Assembly (NCBI GenBank): GCA_017559855.1
Contig: JAFYQP010000053.1
Location: forward strand, 27,103 to 91,102
DNA length: 64,000 bases
Origin: Clostridia bacterium
Lineage (GTDB): Bacteria > Bacillota > Clostridia > Oscillospirales > JAAYXM01
Reading direction: 5' to 3'
Part shown: positions 50,817 through 60,151 of the stretch, one piece after another
Layout: each line of letters begins with the position of its first letter
Numbering within the stretch: the first letter of the stretch is position 1
Translations under genes and position numbers: made by a program
Notes under the pieces: model-generated
The model's database searches: none
What the model was told of the DNA's origin: nothing
The model's input: only the letters and a program-made list of their open reading frames with translations

Positions 50817-51347
50817 GTTTTCCTCCCGTGCGTAATAAATATAATCGCTTATTTTTATATTCTTATAGCCGAAAAGATAGCCCACCGTAGTAAGACACGG
50901 CATAACAATACAAGGCAGGAAATATAAAACGGGAACTGCTTTAAATAAATCAAACATAATTATAAATGGCATATTCCAAAAACGGTAAACGGCAGTAATC
51001 GTTGCCTGTCCCCAAATCGTAAAATTTGGCACATAAGCACCAACCTCAATTAATAATGCAAAAATTGCAAGTAGAAGCGTTGGAATTGCCGCAATTAAGC
51101 CACCTAAAAGTGCAGTTAAATTACGATTTCCAAAATTGTTATTAAGATCACGATCGCCGTATTGCCACGCCTGATGATACACAAAGAATAAGAATGCCAC
51201 AAGCATAACAACGTGCATAATCCAGCCAAACTTTGTATCAAGCACAAAACTGAACAACGTCATTATAAGAAGGCACACGACAACCGAAAGTAAGTTGTTT
51301 AGAATAAATGCAAGTGCCATTCCTAAAAAGCCTTTTTTCTTATTCAT
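50811..51347 (-). CDS. polytopic membrane protein, unknown function
   Basis: 178-aa protein with 4-5 TM helices. ATGA overlap with the thiN stop. Confidence 0.55.
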   Translation of the reverse strand: MNKKKGFLGMALAFILNNLLSVVVCLLIMTLFSFVLDTKFGWIMHVVMLVAFLFFVYHQAWQYGDRDLNNNFGNRNLTALLGGLIAAIPTLLLAIFALLIEVGAYVPNFTIWGQATITAVYRFWNMPFIIMFDLFKAVPVLYFLPCIVMPCLTTVGYLFGYKNIKISDYIYYAREENE

Positions 51348-51973
51348 AATTGATTATCCTCACTAAATATCATAAGTGCTCTGCCACTCTCAATTACTAC
51401 AGTTGCAATATCACGCACCCACTCATTGCTCACACCTGACGGATAGTCACGGTGGAGGGTTGCTTTATCCAGAAGGTATTTAAAACCAATTAAAGTTACA
51501 CCCGTGATTTCTTCATCGATTGGAAGAATGGAAAAATATCGCTTACTCCGTGGTACTCTGTACATACCCTCGGAAATAAATCTTATTTCGTTTCCGCCGT
51601 CAACAATTACGCCTTCCGCACCGTTTTTTGCAATCAGTTCAAGCAACGCAACATTTGCAAAATAGTGGTCTGCCCTGCCGTTTGTGCAACCGACTAAAAT
51701 TATTTTCTTATATCCGTCAGAAATTGCACGGAGTATCGCCGTATGCACGTCAGTACAATCTTTCACACAGGGTAAAATCGTTAAGTCATCGCAATTTGGT
51801 GCGACCATATTTGAATCCAGATCGCCAATAAACGCATTGACTTTGACACCTGCATTACATGCGGTCGTATAACCGCCGTCTGCCGCAATAACAAAGGCGT
51901 TATTCAATATTTCTTTGTCAATGAAATCAAGATTTTCGCAAGGTGCCGCACCTATTATTACGCAGGTTTTCAT
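51344..51973 (-). CDS. thiN: thiamine diphosphokinase
   Basis: 209 aa. VIAADGG...FIGDLDS motif. Conserved position after rsgA. Confidence 0.85.
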   Translation of the reverse strand: MKTCVIIGAAPCENLDFIDKEILNNAFVIAADGGYTTACNAGVKVNAFIGDLDSNMVAPNCDDLTILPCVKDCTDVHTAILRAISDGYKKIILVGCTNGRADHYFANVALLELIAKNGAEGVIVDGGNEIRFISEGMYRVPRSKRYFSILPIDEEITGVTLIGFKYLLDKATLHRDYPSGVSNEWVRDIATVVIESGRALMIFSEDNQL

Positions 51974-51974
51974 A

Positions 51975-52859
51975 CTATCTTTTCTCCCATGGTTTTATCT
52001 CACGCATACTCTCATAAAGTTTCTCATAACTCTCATGGCGTGTTTTTTCAATCTTACCACATTCCAGCGCCTCACACACCGCACATCCACGGTCACCAAG
52101 ATGAGCACATCCTACAAACTGACACTCATCAATATATTCCGCAAATTCGGGAAATGCTTTTTCTAAATCCTCTTTGTTACAAAGTTCCATTCGTTCCGTA
52201 TCAAAGGACGAAAAGCCGGGGGTGTCTGCAATGAATGTACCCTCCGCAATTTTGAAAATTTCAACGTGGCGTGTTGTATGACGGCCTCTGCCGATTTTAT
52301 CGTTGATTTCGCCTGTTTCAAGTGAAATTTCCGGACAAATTCGATTTAGCATTGTAGACTTTCCCACGCCGGAATTGCCCGTAAATGCAGATAATTTGCC
52401 ATTTAAATTCTGCATCAATTCATCCATTCCCTCACCTGTTTTTCCGCTTACACGGACCGTGGGGAATCCGACTTTTGAATAGATGCGGAACAGTTCATCA
52501 CCTGCATCTTCATCGGTTTTATTGATAGCGACAATTACCTCTATGCCCATAAGAGTAGCAATAGCGGAAACGCGGTCAATAAGGAATAAATCCGTCACCG
52601 GCGGTGCCGCAGATGCTACAATAACAATCGCATCTAAATTTGAAATTGGCGGACGGATAAGGAAATTCTTCCGAGGAAGAATTTCCTGCAAATATCCGTG
52701 TTTTTCATCTTGTAATGTAAGTTCGGCTATATCGCCTACCATAGGCTTTATACCAAGTTTTCTGAATTTTCCTCTGGCACGACATTCAATTACACCGTCC
52801 TCGGTGTCAACGTAATAGAATCCGCCGATACCCTTTACAATTCTTCCTTTTTTCATCAT
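51975..52859 (-). CDS. rsgA: ribosome small-subunit-dependent GTPase A
   Basis: Circularly permuted GTPase. NKTDE...GNSGVGKST. C-terminal Zn cluster C-x..GC.H....C.V. Confidence 0.93.
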   Translation of the reverse strand: MMKKGRIVKGIGGFYYVDTEDGVIECRARGKFRKLGIKPMVGDIAELTLQDEKHGYLQEILPRKNFLIRPPISNLDAIVIVASAAPPVTDLFLIDRVSAIATLMGIEVIVAINKTDEDAGDELFRIYSKVGFPTVRVSGKTGEGMDELMQNLNGKLSAFTGNSGVGKSTMLNRICPEISLETGEINDKIGRGRHTTRHVEIFKIAEGTFIADTPGFSSFDTERMELCNKEDLEKAFPEFAEYIDECQFVGCAHLGDRGCAVCEALECGKIEKTRHESYEKLYESMREIKPWEKR

Positions 52860-52864
52860 TGGCT

Positions 52865-54904
52865 CTAGAAAGTAATATTGCTTTGCATATGCAACTTGCC
52901 GTCAATATAGATCTCAATAGGCATAGTGCCGCTACCTTTAACGGTTATGTTTGCACTGCCTTCACTTGCCTTATGTGTTGCACGGTAGACCTCACTGCCA
53001 TTCACCTTAACAACAACGGTGAGTGTTTCCGGACTTGTGGGAAGTTTTACGGAAATTGTTTTGCTCTTTGTGTTGTCAACCGGTTTTTCCGGCTGCTTTT
53101 CAGGTTCCTTTTCAGGCTCCTTCTCAGGTTCCTTCTCCGGTTGTTTTTCAGGTTCCTTTTCAGGTTCCTTCTCCGGCTGCTTTTCAGGTTCCTTTACCGG
53201 TTTCTTCTCCGTCTCTTTTTCAGGTTCTTTTTCAGTTTTACCGGCACTTACCACAATATCAACGGTTGCACCTTTTTCAACCTCGGTGTCAACGTCAATA
53301 CTCTGCTCGATAACGATGCCTTTTTTCTTTGTGCTTTCCTTTTCGCTAACCTTACCTACGGTAAGACCTGCTTCCTCGATTGCTTTCTTGGCATTTGCTT
53401 CACTAAGACCTGTGATTTCAGGCATTTTGATTTTTTCTTCCTCAACGCTTTCACTTACGTAAACGGTGACCGTGTCGCCTTCGGAAATCTTTTCGCCAAC
53501 CTCAGGCTCTGTGCGGATGACATAATCCTTTAAAACTTCATCAGACTTTTCGTACTTAATTTCGACCTTGAGATTATGGCGGGTTTCAAGTTCAATCTTT
53601 GCCTGTTTTTCCGACATATTATGGACGTCCGGAATTTCAACTTCCTTGGCACCGCTACTTACGACGACGGTAATTTCACTACCCTCTCTCACGGTTTTGC
53701 CATCTTCAGGTGACTGACTTATAATCTCGCCTTCGTCATATTCGTCGGAGAATTTACGCTCAACCTCTTTGATGGTGAACATATTATACTGCTCATCTTG
53801 AAGAACCTCTTCAATATCAAGTCCCACAAGTTTCGGAACTGCGACGTCGCCGTTTCCGCCGCCGAATATTGCGGTTAATAAGGTGTATAAACCAAGGAGG
53901 AATAAAAGTACTGCCGCTCCGATTACCACCTTCGAGCCGTGTTTCTGCCAGAAAGATTCGGGTTCTTCATCCCAATCCTCGTCAAGAATTCTCTTGGCTT
54001 TTTCGGAGTTATTGTTTGCGTTGTACTCTTCCTCGATTTCTTCGGGAGTTAAAGGTACAAAATCAATAACAATAGTGGGATCTTTGCGGAATTCCTCAAT
54101 ATCTTTAAGCATTTCTGCCGCTGTATGATAACGTTTGTCAATATCCTGACACATTGCCTTCATGGTTATCTTTTCAACGGTTTCAGGGATATCCGGATTT
54201 ATTTCTCTAGGCATGGTTGCCCTCGCACTGATATGCTTAACCGCAACGGATACCGGATTGTCCCCGTCATAAGGAAGTTGTCCCGTAAGCATTTCATAAA
54301 GCATAACGCCGGTAGAATAAATGTCTGCACGGGCATCCAACTTGTGACCACGAGCCTGTTCGGGTGCAATATAATGTACCGAACCCAACGCTTCATTGGT
54401 AAGTGAACCGCCCTGCTCTGCCGCGATACGTGCAATGCCGAAATCAGCAACTTTAATAGTACCATCACGAAGTACCATAATATTATGGGGCTTGATATCA
54501 CGGTGGATAATTCCTCTTTCATGGGCGTGGTCAAGTGCTTTTAACGTCTGGCAAACGAAATGTTGTGCCTCTTTCCATGACATAGCACCCTTACGCGCCA
54601 TATACTGTTTTAAAGTAATACCATCAATTAATTCCATAACGATATACTCGGTGTTCTGCGAACGGGAAACGTCATAGACACCAACTATATTGGGATGAGA
54701 AAGCATAGCAACCGCCTGACCTTCGGCGTGGAAACGCTTTCTAAACTCATCATCTTTTAAATACTCGTCCTTTAAAATCTTAACGGCAACAAGACGGTTG
54801 AGTCTGTGACACAATGCCTTATAGACTATAGCCATACCGCCTGTTCCAATGACCTGAAGGATCTCATATCTGTTATCTAAAATTTTACCGATGTATTTAT
54901 CCAT
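52865..54904 (-). CDS. prkC: Ser/Thr protein kinase with three PASTA domains (PrkC/Stk1-type)
   Basis: Kinase motifs GTGGMAIVYKA, HRDIKPHN, DFGIA. One TM helix. Three PASTA repeats, an EPEK repeat linker and an Ig-like C-terminal domain. Confidence 0.93.
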   Translation of the reverse strand: MDKYIGKILDNRYEILQVIGTGGMAIVYKALCHRLNRLVAVKILKDEYLKDDEFRKRFHAEGQAVAMLSHPNIVGVYDVSRSQNTEYIVMELIDGITLKQYMARKGAMSWKEAQHFVCQTLKALDHAHERGIIHRDIKPHNIMVLRDGTIKVADFGIARIAAEQGGSLTNEALGSVHYIAPEQARGHKLDARADIYSTGVMLYEMLTGQLPYDGDNPVSVAVKHISARATMPREINPDIPETVEKITMKAMCQDIDKRYHTAAEMLKDIEEFRKDPTIVIDFVPLTPEEIEEEYNANNNSEKAKRILDEDWDEEPESFWQKHGSKVVIGAAVLLFLLGLYTLLTAIFGGGNGDVAVPKLVGLDIEEVLQDEQYNMFTIKEVERKFSDEYDEGEIISQSPEDGKTVREGSEITVVVSSGAKEVEIPDVHNMSEKQAKIELETRHNLKVEIKYEKSDEVLKDYVIRTEPEVGEKISEGDTVTVYVSESVEEEKIKMPEITGLSEANAKKAIEEAGLTVGKVSEKESTKKKGIVIEQSIDVDTEVEKGATVDIVVSAGKTEKEPEKETEKKPVKEPEKQPEKEPEKEPEKQPEKEPEKEPEKEPEKQPEKPVDNTKSKTISVKLPTSPETLTVVVKVNGSEVYRATHKASEGSANITVKGSGTMPIEIYIDGKLHMQSNITF
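53084..53236 (-). repeat. in-frame tandem 12-nt (E-P-E-K) repeat tract inside prkC
   Basis: Encodes TEKEPEKETEKKPVKEPEKQPEKEPEKEPEKQPEKEPEKEPEKEPEKQPEK. The DNA shows iterated ggttccttttca/ggttccttctcc units. Confidence 0.9.
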
Positions 54905-54917
54905 TTCCTGTCACCAC

Positions 54918-55646
54918 CTATTTAGTAATCAAAACAACGGTTATATTATCAAAACCGCCGCGAGAATTTGCAATTTCACAAAGACGCTCACAAGCACCTT
55001 CAGGTTCACCGTACAGTACTTCATAGAGCATCTCCTGCTCATTTAGCAGATTACTGAGTCCATCACTGCAAAGCAAGATGTACTCACCATTTTTAAGTTC
55101 TTTTGTGTAAATATCGGCACAAATATCACGCTCAGTACCAACAGCACGGGTTATTACGTTCTTGTTGGGATGTGTTTGTGCCTCAAGTTCGGTAATTGTT
55201 CCCCTCTGCACCATATCCTCAACAAGTGAATGGTCACGGGTTATGCGTGAAATACCCTCGGCGTCGATAAAATACGCTCTTGAATCGCCAACGTTCAGAA
55301 GCATAGTCTTTCCATTTTTGCACATTGCGGCAACCATGGTTGTACCCATACCCGCATAACTTTCGTCAGAGCAGGATTTTTCAAAAATTTCACTGTTAGC
55401 AAGTGAAACCGCCTCTTTTAAAAGCCCTTCAAGTTTTTTACCCGTGTGCTCACTCGGTCTGGACATAACGGTTTCGGCAAAAATTTCACACGCCATACTA
55501 CTTGCCGTTTGTCCTGCACGGGCACCGCCCATACCGTCACAAACTACGGCAAGGAGTGTCTTTTTATCATTTGAAAATTCAATTTTGTATGAGTCCTCGT
55601 TGTTATCTCGAACACGACCCACGTGGGTTATTCCCCATGCTTTCAC
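54918..55646 (-). CDS. prpC: PP2C-family Ser/Thr phosphatase (Stp/PrpC)
   Basis: 242 aa. GRVRDNNEDS, VCDGMGG, LCSDGL and DNITVV motifs. Confidence 0.92.
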   Translation of the reverse strand: MKAWGITHVGRVRDNNEDSYKIEFSNDKKTLLAVVCDGMGGARAGQTASSMACEIFAETVMSRPSEHTGKKLEGLLKEAVSLANSEIFEKSCSDESYAGMGTTMVAAMCKNGKTMLLNVGDSRAYFIDAEGISRITRDHSLVEDMVQRGTITELEAQTHPNKNVITRAVGTERDICADIYTKELKNGEYILLCSDGLSNLLNEQEMLYEVLYGEPEGACERLCEIANSRGGFDNITVVLITK

Positions 55647-55703
55647 TTAAACCACCTCTTCCGATGAAAAAGCCTTAGATATTTATGTAGTTTTGATTTT
55701 TTA

Positions 55704-56735
55704 CTACTTATCACCGTTTTCCACTTTACGGCGTAGTTGTCCGCACGCAGCATCAATATCACTACCTAAACTACGTCTTACGGTAACGGTAAGTCCGCTT
55801 TTACTCAATATTTCAACAAATCGTTCGATTGCCTTTTTACTGCTTGTTTTCAAATCCCGCTCGCTTACCGGATTGAGTGGGATGAGATTGACGTGACACG
55901 GAAAGCCCTTTAAAAGAGTGGCAAGCTTCCGTGCACACTCTTCGGTATCACTTACTCCGTCAATCATTGTATATTCAAAAGAAATTCGCCGTGACGTCTT
56001 TGAAAAATAATACTTGCAGGTTTTTATAAGTTCCTCAACCGGAAAGCGGTTGTTTATAGGCATTATTTTCGACCTTGTCTCATTATCCGGCGCGTGAAGA
56101 GATATGGAAAGCGTAATTTGCATATTCTCTTCCGCTAACATCTTTATTTTATCACAAATACCGCAGGTTGACAATGATATATGACGCATACCTATATTAA
56201 GTCCCTTGTCGTCTCCCGCGAGTTTTAAAAACGTGATTACATTGTCATAATTGTCAAGCGGCTCACCTGTGCCCATAAGCACAATGTTTGACACACGCTT
56301 TCCCGTGTCCCTTTGTGCCGCGATTACTTGATCGAGCATCTCACCCGGAGTAAGGTTACGCTTAAGCCCTGCAAGGGTTGATGCACAAAACTTACAGCCC
56401 ATACGGCATCCTGCCTGGGTGGAAATGCAAATAGTATTGCCGTGTTTGTATTCCATAAACACCGATTCTACACAGTTTCCGTCAGGAAATCGCCATAGAT
56501 ATTTAATTGTACCGTCAACTTTCGAGGCTTGTTTTCTTATCATCTCGGCGTTTCTCAACTCGCACATTGTACTCAGTTTTTCACGCAATGACTTAGATAA
56601 ATTCGTCATATCGTCAAAACTTCTTGCACCATCCGACAGCCATTTAAAAATCTGACCTGCACGGAATTTCGGCTCACCGATTTCTGCCATTAATGATGCA
56701 ATTTCCGCCTCATTCATCGATTTGATATCAATCAT
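55704..56735 (-). CDS. rlmN: 23S rRNA/tRNA (adenine-C2)-methyltransferase RlmN (radical SAM)
   Basis: 343 aa. GCRMGCKFCAS radical SAM cluster. C-terminal DIDAACGQL. Confidence 0.93.
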   Translation of the reverse strand: MIDIKSMNEAEIASLMAEIGEPKFRAGQIFKWLSDGARSFDDMTNLSKSLREKLSTMCELRNAEMIRKQASKVDGTIKYLWRFPDGNCVESVFMEYKHGNTICISTQAGCRMGCKFCASTLAGLKRNLTPGEMLDQVIAAQRDTGKRVSNIVLMGTGEPLDNYDNVITFLKLAGDDKGLNIGMRHISLSTCGICDKIKMLAEENMQITLSISLHAPDNETRSKIMPINNRFPVEELIKTCKYYFSKTSRRISFEYTMIDGVSDTEECARKLATLLKGFPCHVNLIPLNPVSERDLKTSSKKAIERFVEILSKSGLTVTVRRSLGSDIDAACGQLRRKVENGDK

Positions 56736-58036
56736 TTTGCTCTCCTAAGTTTACAAATAAAGAATCCGTCGCACTCATTTTTATGAGGCAGAAGAGTTAT
56801 TTCCCCTTTGTTCGTGCCATTAGGACAAGAAAGCGTCATCTCTTCACGGGAAAATTCATCGTTTTCAATTAAAAACGCATTAACAACGTCTCCGTTTTCC
56901 TCCGGCAATATCGTGCAGGTGGAGTACACAAGGCATCCGCCCGGTTTTACATACCGTGATGCGTTTTTTAATATTTCAAGTTGAATTTCGGGAAGTCTCG
57001 CTATTTCCTCTTCTTTTTTGAAACGGATTTCAGGCTTTTTTCTTATAACGCCGATACCCGAACAGGGAACGTCGCAAAGCACCGCATCAAAAGAATTTTC
57101 CCACTCTTCTCTAAAATTTCTGCCGTCAGAAAGTGTTGCACTTACGTTTTTAATATGTAAGCGTTTAGCACCACTATCGAGAAGTTTAATTTTATGCTTA
57201 TGTATGTCGCAGGAGACAAGTTCACCTTTACCACCCAGATACTGTGCTATGGTAAAACTTTTACCGCCGGGGGCTGCACAAGTATCTAAAACACGGTTTT
57301 CCGGCACAACGCCAAGTGCTCTCGCACACATCTGACTTGCAGGATCGCAGATATGGAATTTGCCCTCTTTAAATGCGTTTGTCGCCGATATGTCGCCGGT
57401 CTCCGACAAAGTCACACAATCCTCAAGCCACGGGTGTTTTTCAGCATTGACACCCTCTTTAATAAGTTCTTCTATAAGAGACACTGTATTTGTGACTAAT
57501 GTGTTCACTCGTGCACATATAGGCGGGATTTTATTGTTTTCTTTTAAAATATCCTCGGTCTCATCACTATAAACTGATTTCAACCTGTCAACAAGCCATA
57601 CGGGATGACTGTACTTTGTAGCCATATCCACAGGCTCAGGTAAATTTTCCTTTTCACCAGATATTTTTCTCAAAACCGCATTTACAAACCCTGCCGCACG
57701 GGGATTGTCACGTCGTGCCGCCTTTACCGCCTCGTTCACGATAGCATGGGTTGGAATTCGGTCAAGAAAAATCAGTTGGTATATGCCCACACGCAAAACG
57801 TCAATGATGCGTGGAGATATTTTATTCATTTTAATACTTGAAAATTTGCCAATATAAAAATCAAGAAGTGATAAATTCTGCAAAACACCGTATGTTATTT
57901 GCGATGCAAGGGATGCGTCTCGTTTTGATAACTCTGCTTCTTTAAGTGCGTCTTTTAAGTAACCGTCTGCCCAAGCACCACCCTTGCGAAATGCCATAAG
58001 TGCTGACAGGGCAATATCTCTCGCTGTCTTCGCCAT
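56732..58036 (-). CDS. rsmB: 16S rRNA (cytosine967-C5)-methyltransferase RsmB
   Basis: NusB-like N-terminus. DTCAAPGGK, DVPCSG and YSTCT motifs. Confidence 0.92.
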   Translation of the reverse strand: MAKTARDIALSALMAFRKGGAWADGYLKDALKEAELSKRDASLASQITYGVLQNLSLLDFYIGKFSSIKMNKISPRIIDVLRVGIYQLIFLDRIPTHAIVNEAVKAARRDNPRAAGFVNAVLRKISGEKENLPEPVDMATKYSHPVWLVDRLKSVYSDETEDILKENNKIPPICARVNTLVTNTVSLIEELIKEGVNAEKHPWLEDCVTLSETGDISATNAFKEGKFHICDPASQMCARALGVVPENRVLDTCAAPGGKSFTIAQYLGGKGELVSCDIHKHKIKLLDSGAKRLHIKNVSATLSDGRNFREEWENSFDAVLCDVPCSGIGVIRKKPEIRFKKEEEIARLPEIQLEILKNASRYVKPGGCLVYSTCTILPEENGDVVNAFLIENDEFSREEMTLSCPNGTNKGEITLLPHKNECDGFFICKLRRAK

Positions 58037-58039
58037 AGT

Positions 58040-58741
58040 TTAATCCCTGCGGCGGTTTGCAAGTACGATGAGTCGCAGAAGTTGCATAAGTGACACAGAA
58101 AGCGCCGCAACATAAGTCATTGCCGCTGCAGTAAGCACACGTCTTGCCTTGGGTAATTCGTCGCTTGTTAAAAGTCCTCGATCTCTGAGCGCTGCCATTG
58201 CACGGCGTGATGCATTGAACTCAACCGGAAGTGTAATAAGTTGAAAAAGCACCGCAAGTGCAAAAAGAGCAATACCAGCATACAAAAGTGCTTCAAAGTT
58301 AAAGATTAAGCCGATGATGAAAAGCGGCATTGAAAGGGTTGAGCCGATATTGCAAAGCGGGATAATCGAATTTCTTAACTTAATGGGGCCATATCCCTTT
58401 GCATACTGAATTGCATGGCCGCATTCGTGTGCCGCAATACCTGCAGCCGCAATGGAAGTGGAGTCATAAACGCCACTTGATAGGGAAACGGTGTTTGTAC
58501 TCGGATTAAAGTTATCTGTCATTTCACCGCCGATTGGTACAATTGAAACGCCGTACACCCCCGCACTGTCTAAAATTGCCTTGGCAACCTGTGCACCGGT
58601 ATAACCGTGTGTACTGAATGTCCTTGACATTTTGGAATATGCACTTTTAACCCAAAACTGTGCAATGAACGTAAAAATTATTGCCGGTACAACAAAAACT
58701 ATATATGTCCAATCTATGCCGTAATAGTACATACATTTCAC
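58040..58741 (-). CDS. membrane zinc metallopeptidase (YugP-like)
   Basis: 233 aa. HECGHAIQ motif; N- and C-terminal TM helices. Confidence 0.75.
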   Translation of the reverse strand: MKCMYYYGIDWTYIVFVVPAIIFTFIAQFWVKSAYSKMSRTFSTHGYTGAQVAKAILDSAGVYGVSIVPIGGEMTDNFNPSTNTVSLSSGVYDSTSIAAAGIAAHECGHAIQYAKGYGPIKLRNSIIPLCNIGSTLSMPLFIIGLIFNFEALLYAGIALFALAVLFQLITLPVEFNASRRAMAALRDRGLLTSDELPKARRVLTAAAMTYVAALSVSLMQLLRLIVLANRRRD

Positions 58742-58743
58742 TC

Positions 58744-59673
58744 CTATAATAAAATTTCGCCTAAAATACTTTCGTGTCCTCTAAAGTAATCATCCGGTGC
58801 CATTCGCTTTGAATTCGGGAACTGCAGTTCGGTTACAAGAATCGTTTCACCATTACCGCAAGAAACCTCCATACCTCTTGCATCAATTGATACAACTTTA
58901 CCTGCACACTCTTTTGTTTTATTTCCCTTTTGTGCATGGTAAATTTTAATTTTTACATCATTTAAAACCGTATAAGCAATAGGCCAAGAATATGAGCCTC
59001 GGATTATATTGCAAACTTCCCTGCTGCTCTTTGTCCAATCAATCTTTCCGTCTTCACGGGTAAGCATCCGAGCATAGGTCGCGTCCATTTCATCTTGTTT
59101 TGTTCGAATTGCCGTACCTTCTTCAAGAAGTTTTAAAGTTGAAACAAGCGTTTCCGCACCGATTATTGAAAGGCGGTCAAAAAGACTTTCAGCGGTCTCA
59201 TCTTCGCCGATAGGAGTCTCAACACGCTCAATAATATCACCCGTATCAAGGCCTTCATCCATATACATTGTGCAAACGCCGCTTTTTTCATCGCCATTGA
59301 GTACCGCCCATTGGATAGGTGCTGCACCGCGATACTTGGGTAAAAGTGAGCCGTGAACGTTGATACATCCGTATTTCGGATAATCCAAGATATACTTGGG
59401 AAGGATTCTTCCGTAAGCAACAACCGCAATTACATCGGGTTTATATTCATCAAGAAGCGGAAGAAGGGCATCATTTTTAAGTTTGGTAGGTTGATAGACA
59501 GGAATATTATGCTCCATTGCCGCAACTTTAACCGCAGGTGGCAAGAGTTTCATTCCTCTGCCCGATGGACGGTCAGGTTGTGAAAACACTGCACAAACGT
59601 CGTGTCCTGCACGAATAAGTGCCTCAAGCGACGGCACGGCAAAATCCGGAGTTCCCATAAATAAAACCTTCAT
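58744..59673 (-). CDS. fmt: methionyl-tRNA formyltransferase
   Basis: MKVLFMGTPDFAVPSL...NVHGSLLPKYRGAAPIQ. Confidence 0.95.
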   Translation of the reverse strand: MKVLFMGTPDFAVPSLEALIRAGHDVCAVFSQPDRPSGRGMKLLPPAVKVAAMEHNIPVYQPTKLKNDALLPLLDEYKPDVIAVVAYGRILPKYILDYPKYGCINVHGSLLPKYRGAAPIQWAVLNGDEKSGVCTMYMDEGLDTGDIIERVETPIGEDETAESLFDRLSIIGAETLVSTLKLLEEGTAIRTKQDEMDATYARMLTREDGKIDWTKSSREVCNIIRGSYSWPIAYTVLNDVKIKIYHAQKGNKTKECAGKVVSIDARGMEVSCGNGETILVTELQFPNSKRMAPDDYFRGHESILGEILL

Positions 59674-59677
59674 TGGC

Positions 59678-60139
59678 TTACCTATCCTCCTCTAAATATT
59701 CAATAACCTTATCGGTAAAGAGTGTTCCGTTTAAATGGTCAATCTCATGGCAGAATGCACGAGCGGCAAGTTCTTCTCCTTCAACTTCAAAAAACTCGCC
59801 AAATCTGTCCTGAGCACGAACCTTTACATATGCAGGACGGCTTACCGTACCGTAAATTCCCGGTACGCTAAGGCAACCTTCCGCCTCTATTTGCTCGCCG
59901 TCTGTTTCAATTATTTCGGGATTTATAAGTTCAAGAAAACCGTCATCACCATTTATAACAAGGACTACTCGACGCAAAATGCCAACCTGCGGTGCGGCAA
60001 GACCTGCACCGTCTGCCGCTACAACGGTATCAAGCATATCGTCAAGTAAAGTGTGAAGTTTTGCATCAAATTTTTCAACGGGACGGCACACTTTCTTAAG
60101 GGTGTCGTCACCTCTTTTAACGATGTTTCTTATAGCCAT
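59678..60139 (-). CDS. def: peptide deformylase
   Basis: [16 protein letters not shown] and HEIDHLNG motifs. Confidence 0.96.
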   Translation of the reverse strand: MAIRNIVKRGDDTLKKVCRPVEKFDAKLHTLLDDMLDTVVAADGAGLAAPQVGILRRVVLVINGDDGFLELINPEIIETDGEQIEAEGCLSVPGIYGTVSRPAYVKVRAQDRFGEFFEVEGEELAARAFCHEIDHLNGTLFTDKVIEYLEEDR

Positions 60140-60151
60140 TTTTTCACTCTC

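Noticed and set aside
53084-53236. Possible CRISPR-like or other non-coding repeat array
   Set aside because: The repeats are 12-nt units, in frame, with no spacers, and lie inside prkC. No cas genes are present in the window.
52859-53533. 224-aa and 147-aa plus-strand ORFs rich in F/L/R or S/G/F repeats
   Set aside because: They are produced by reading the prkC EPEK tandem repeat on the opposite strand, and they sit within a well-supported kinase gene.
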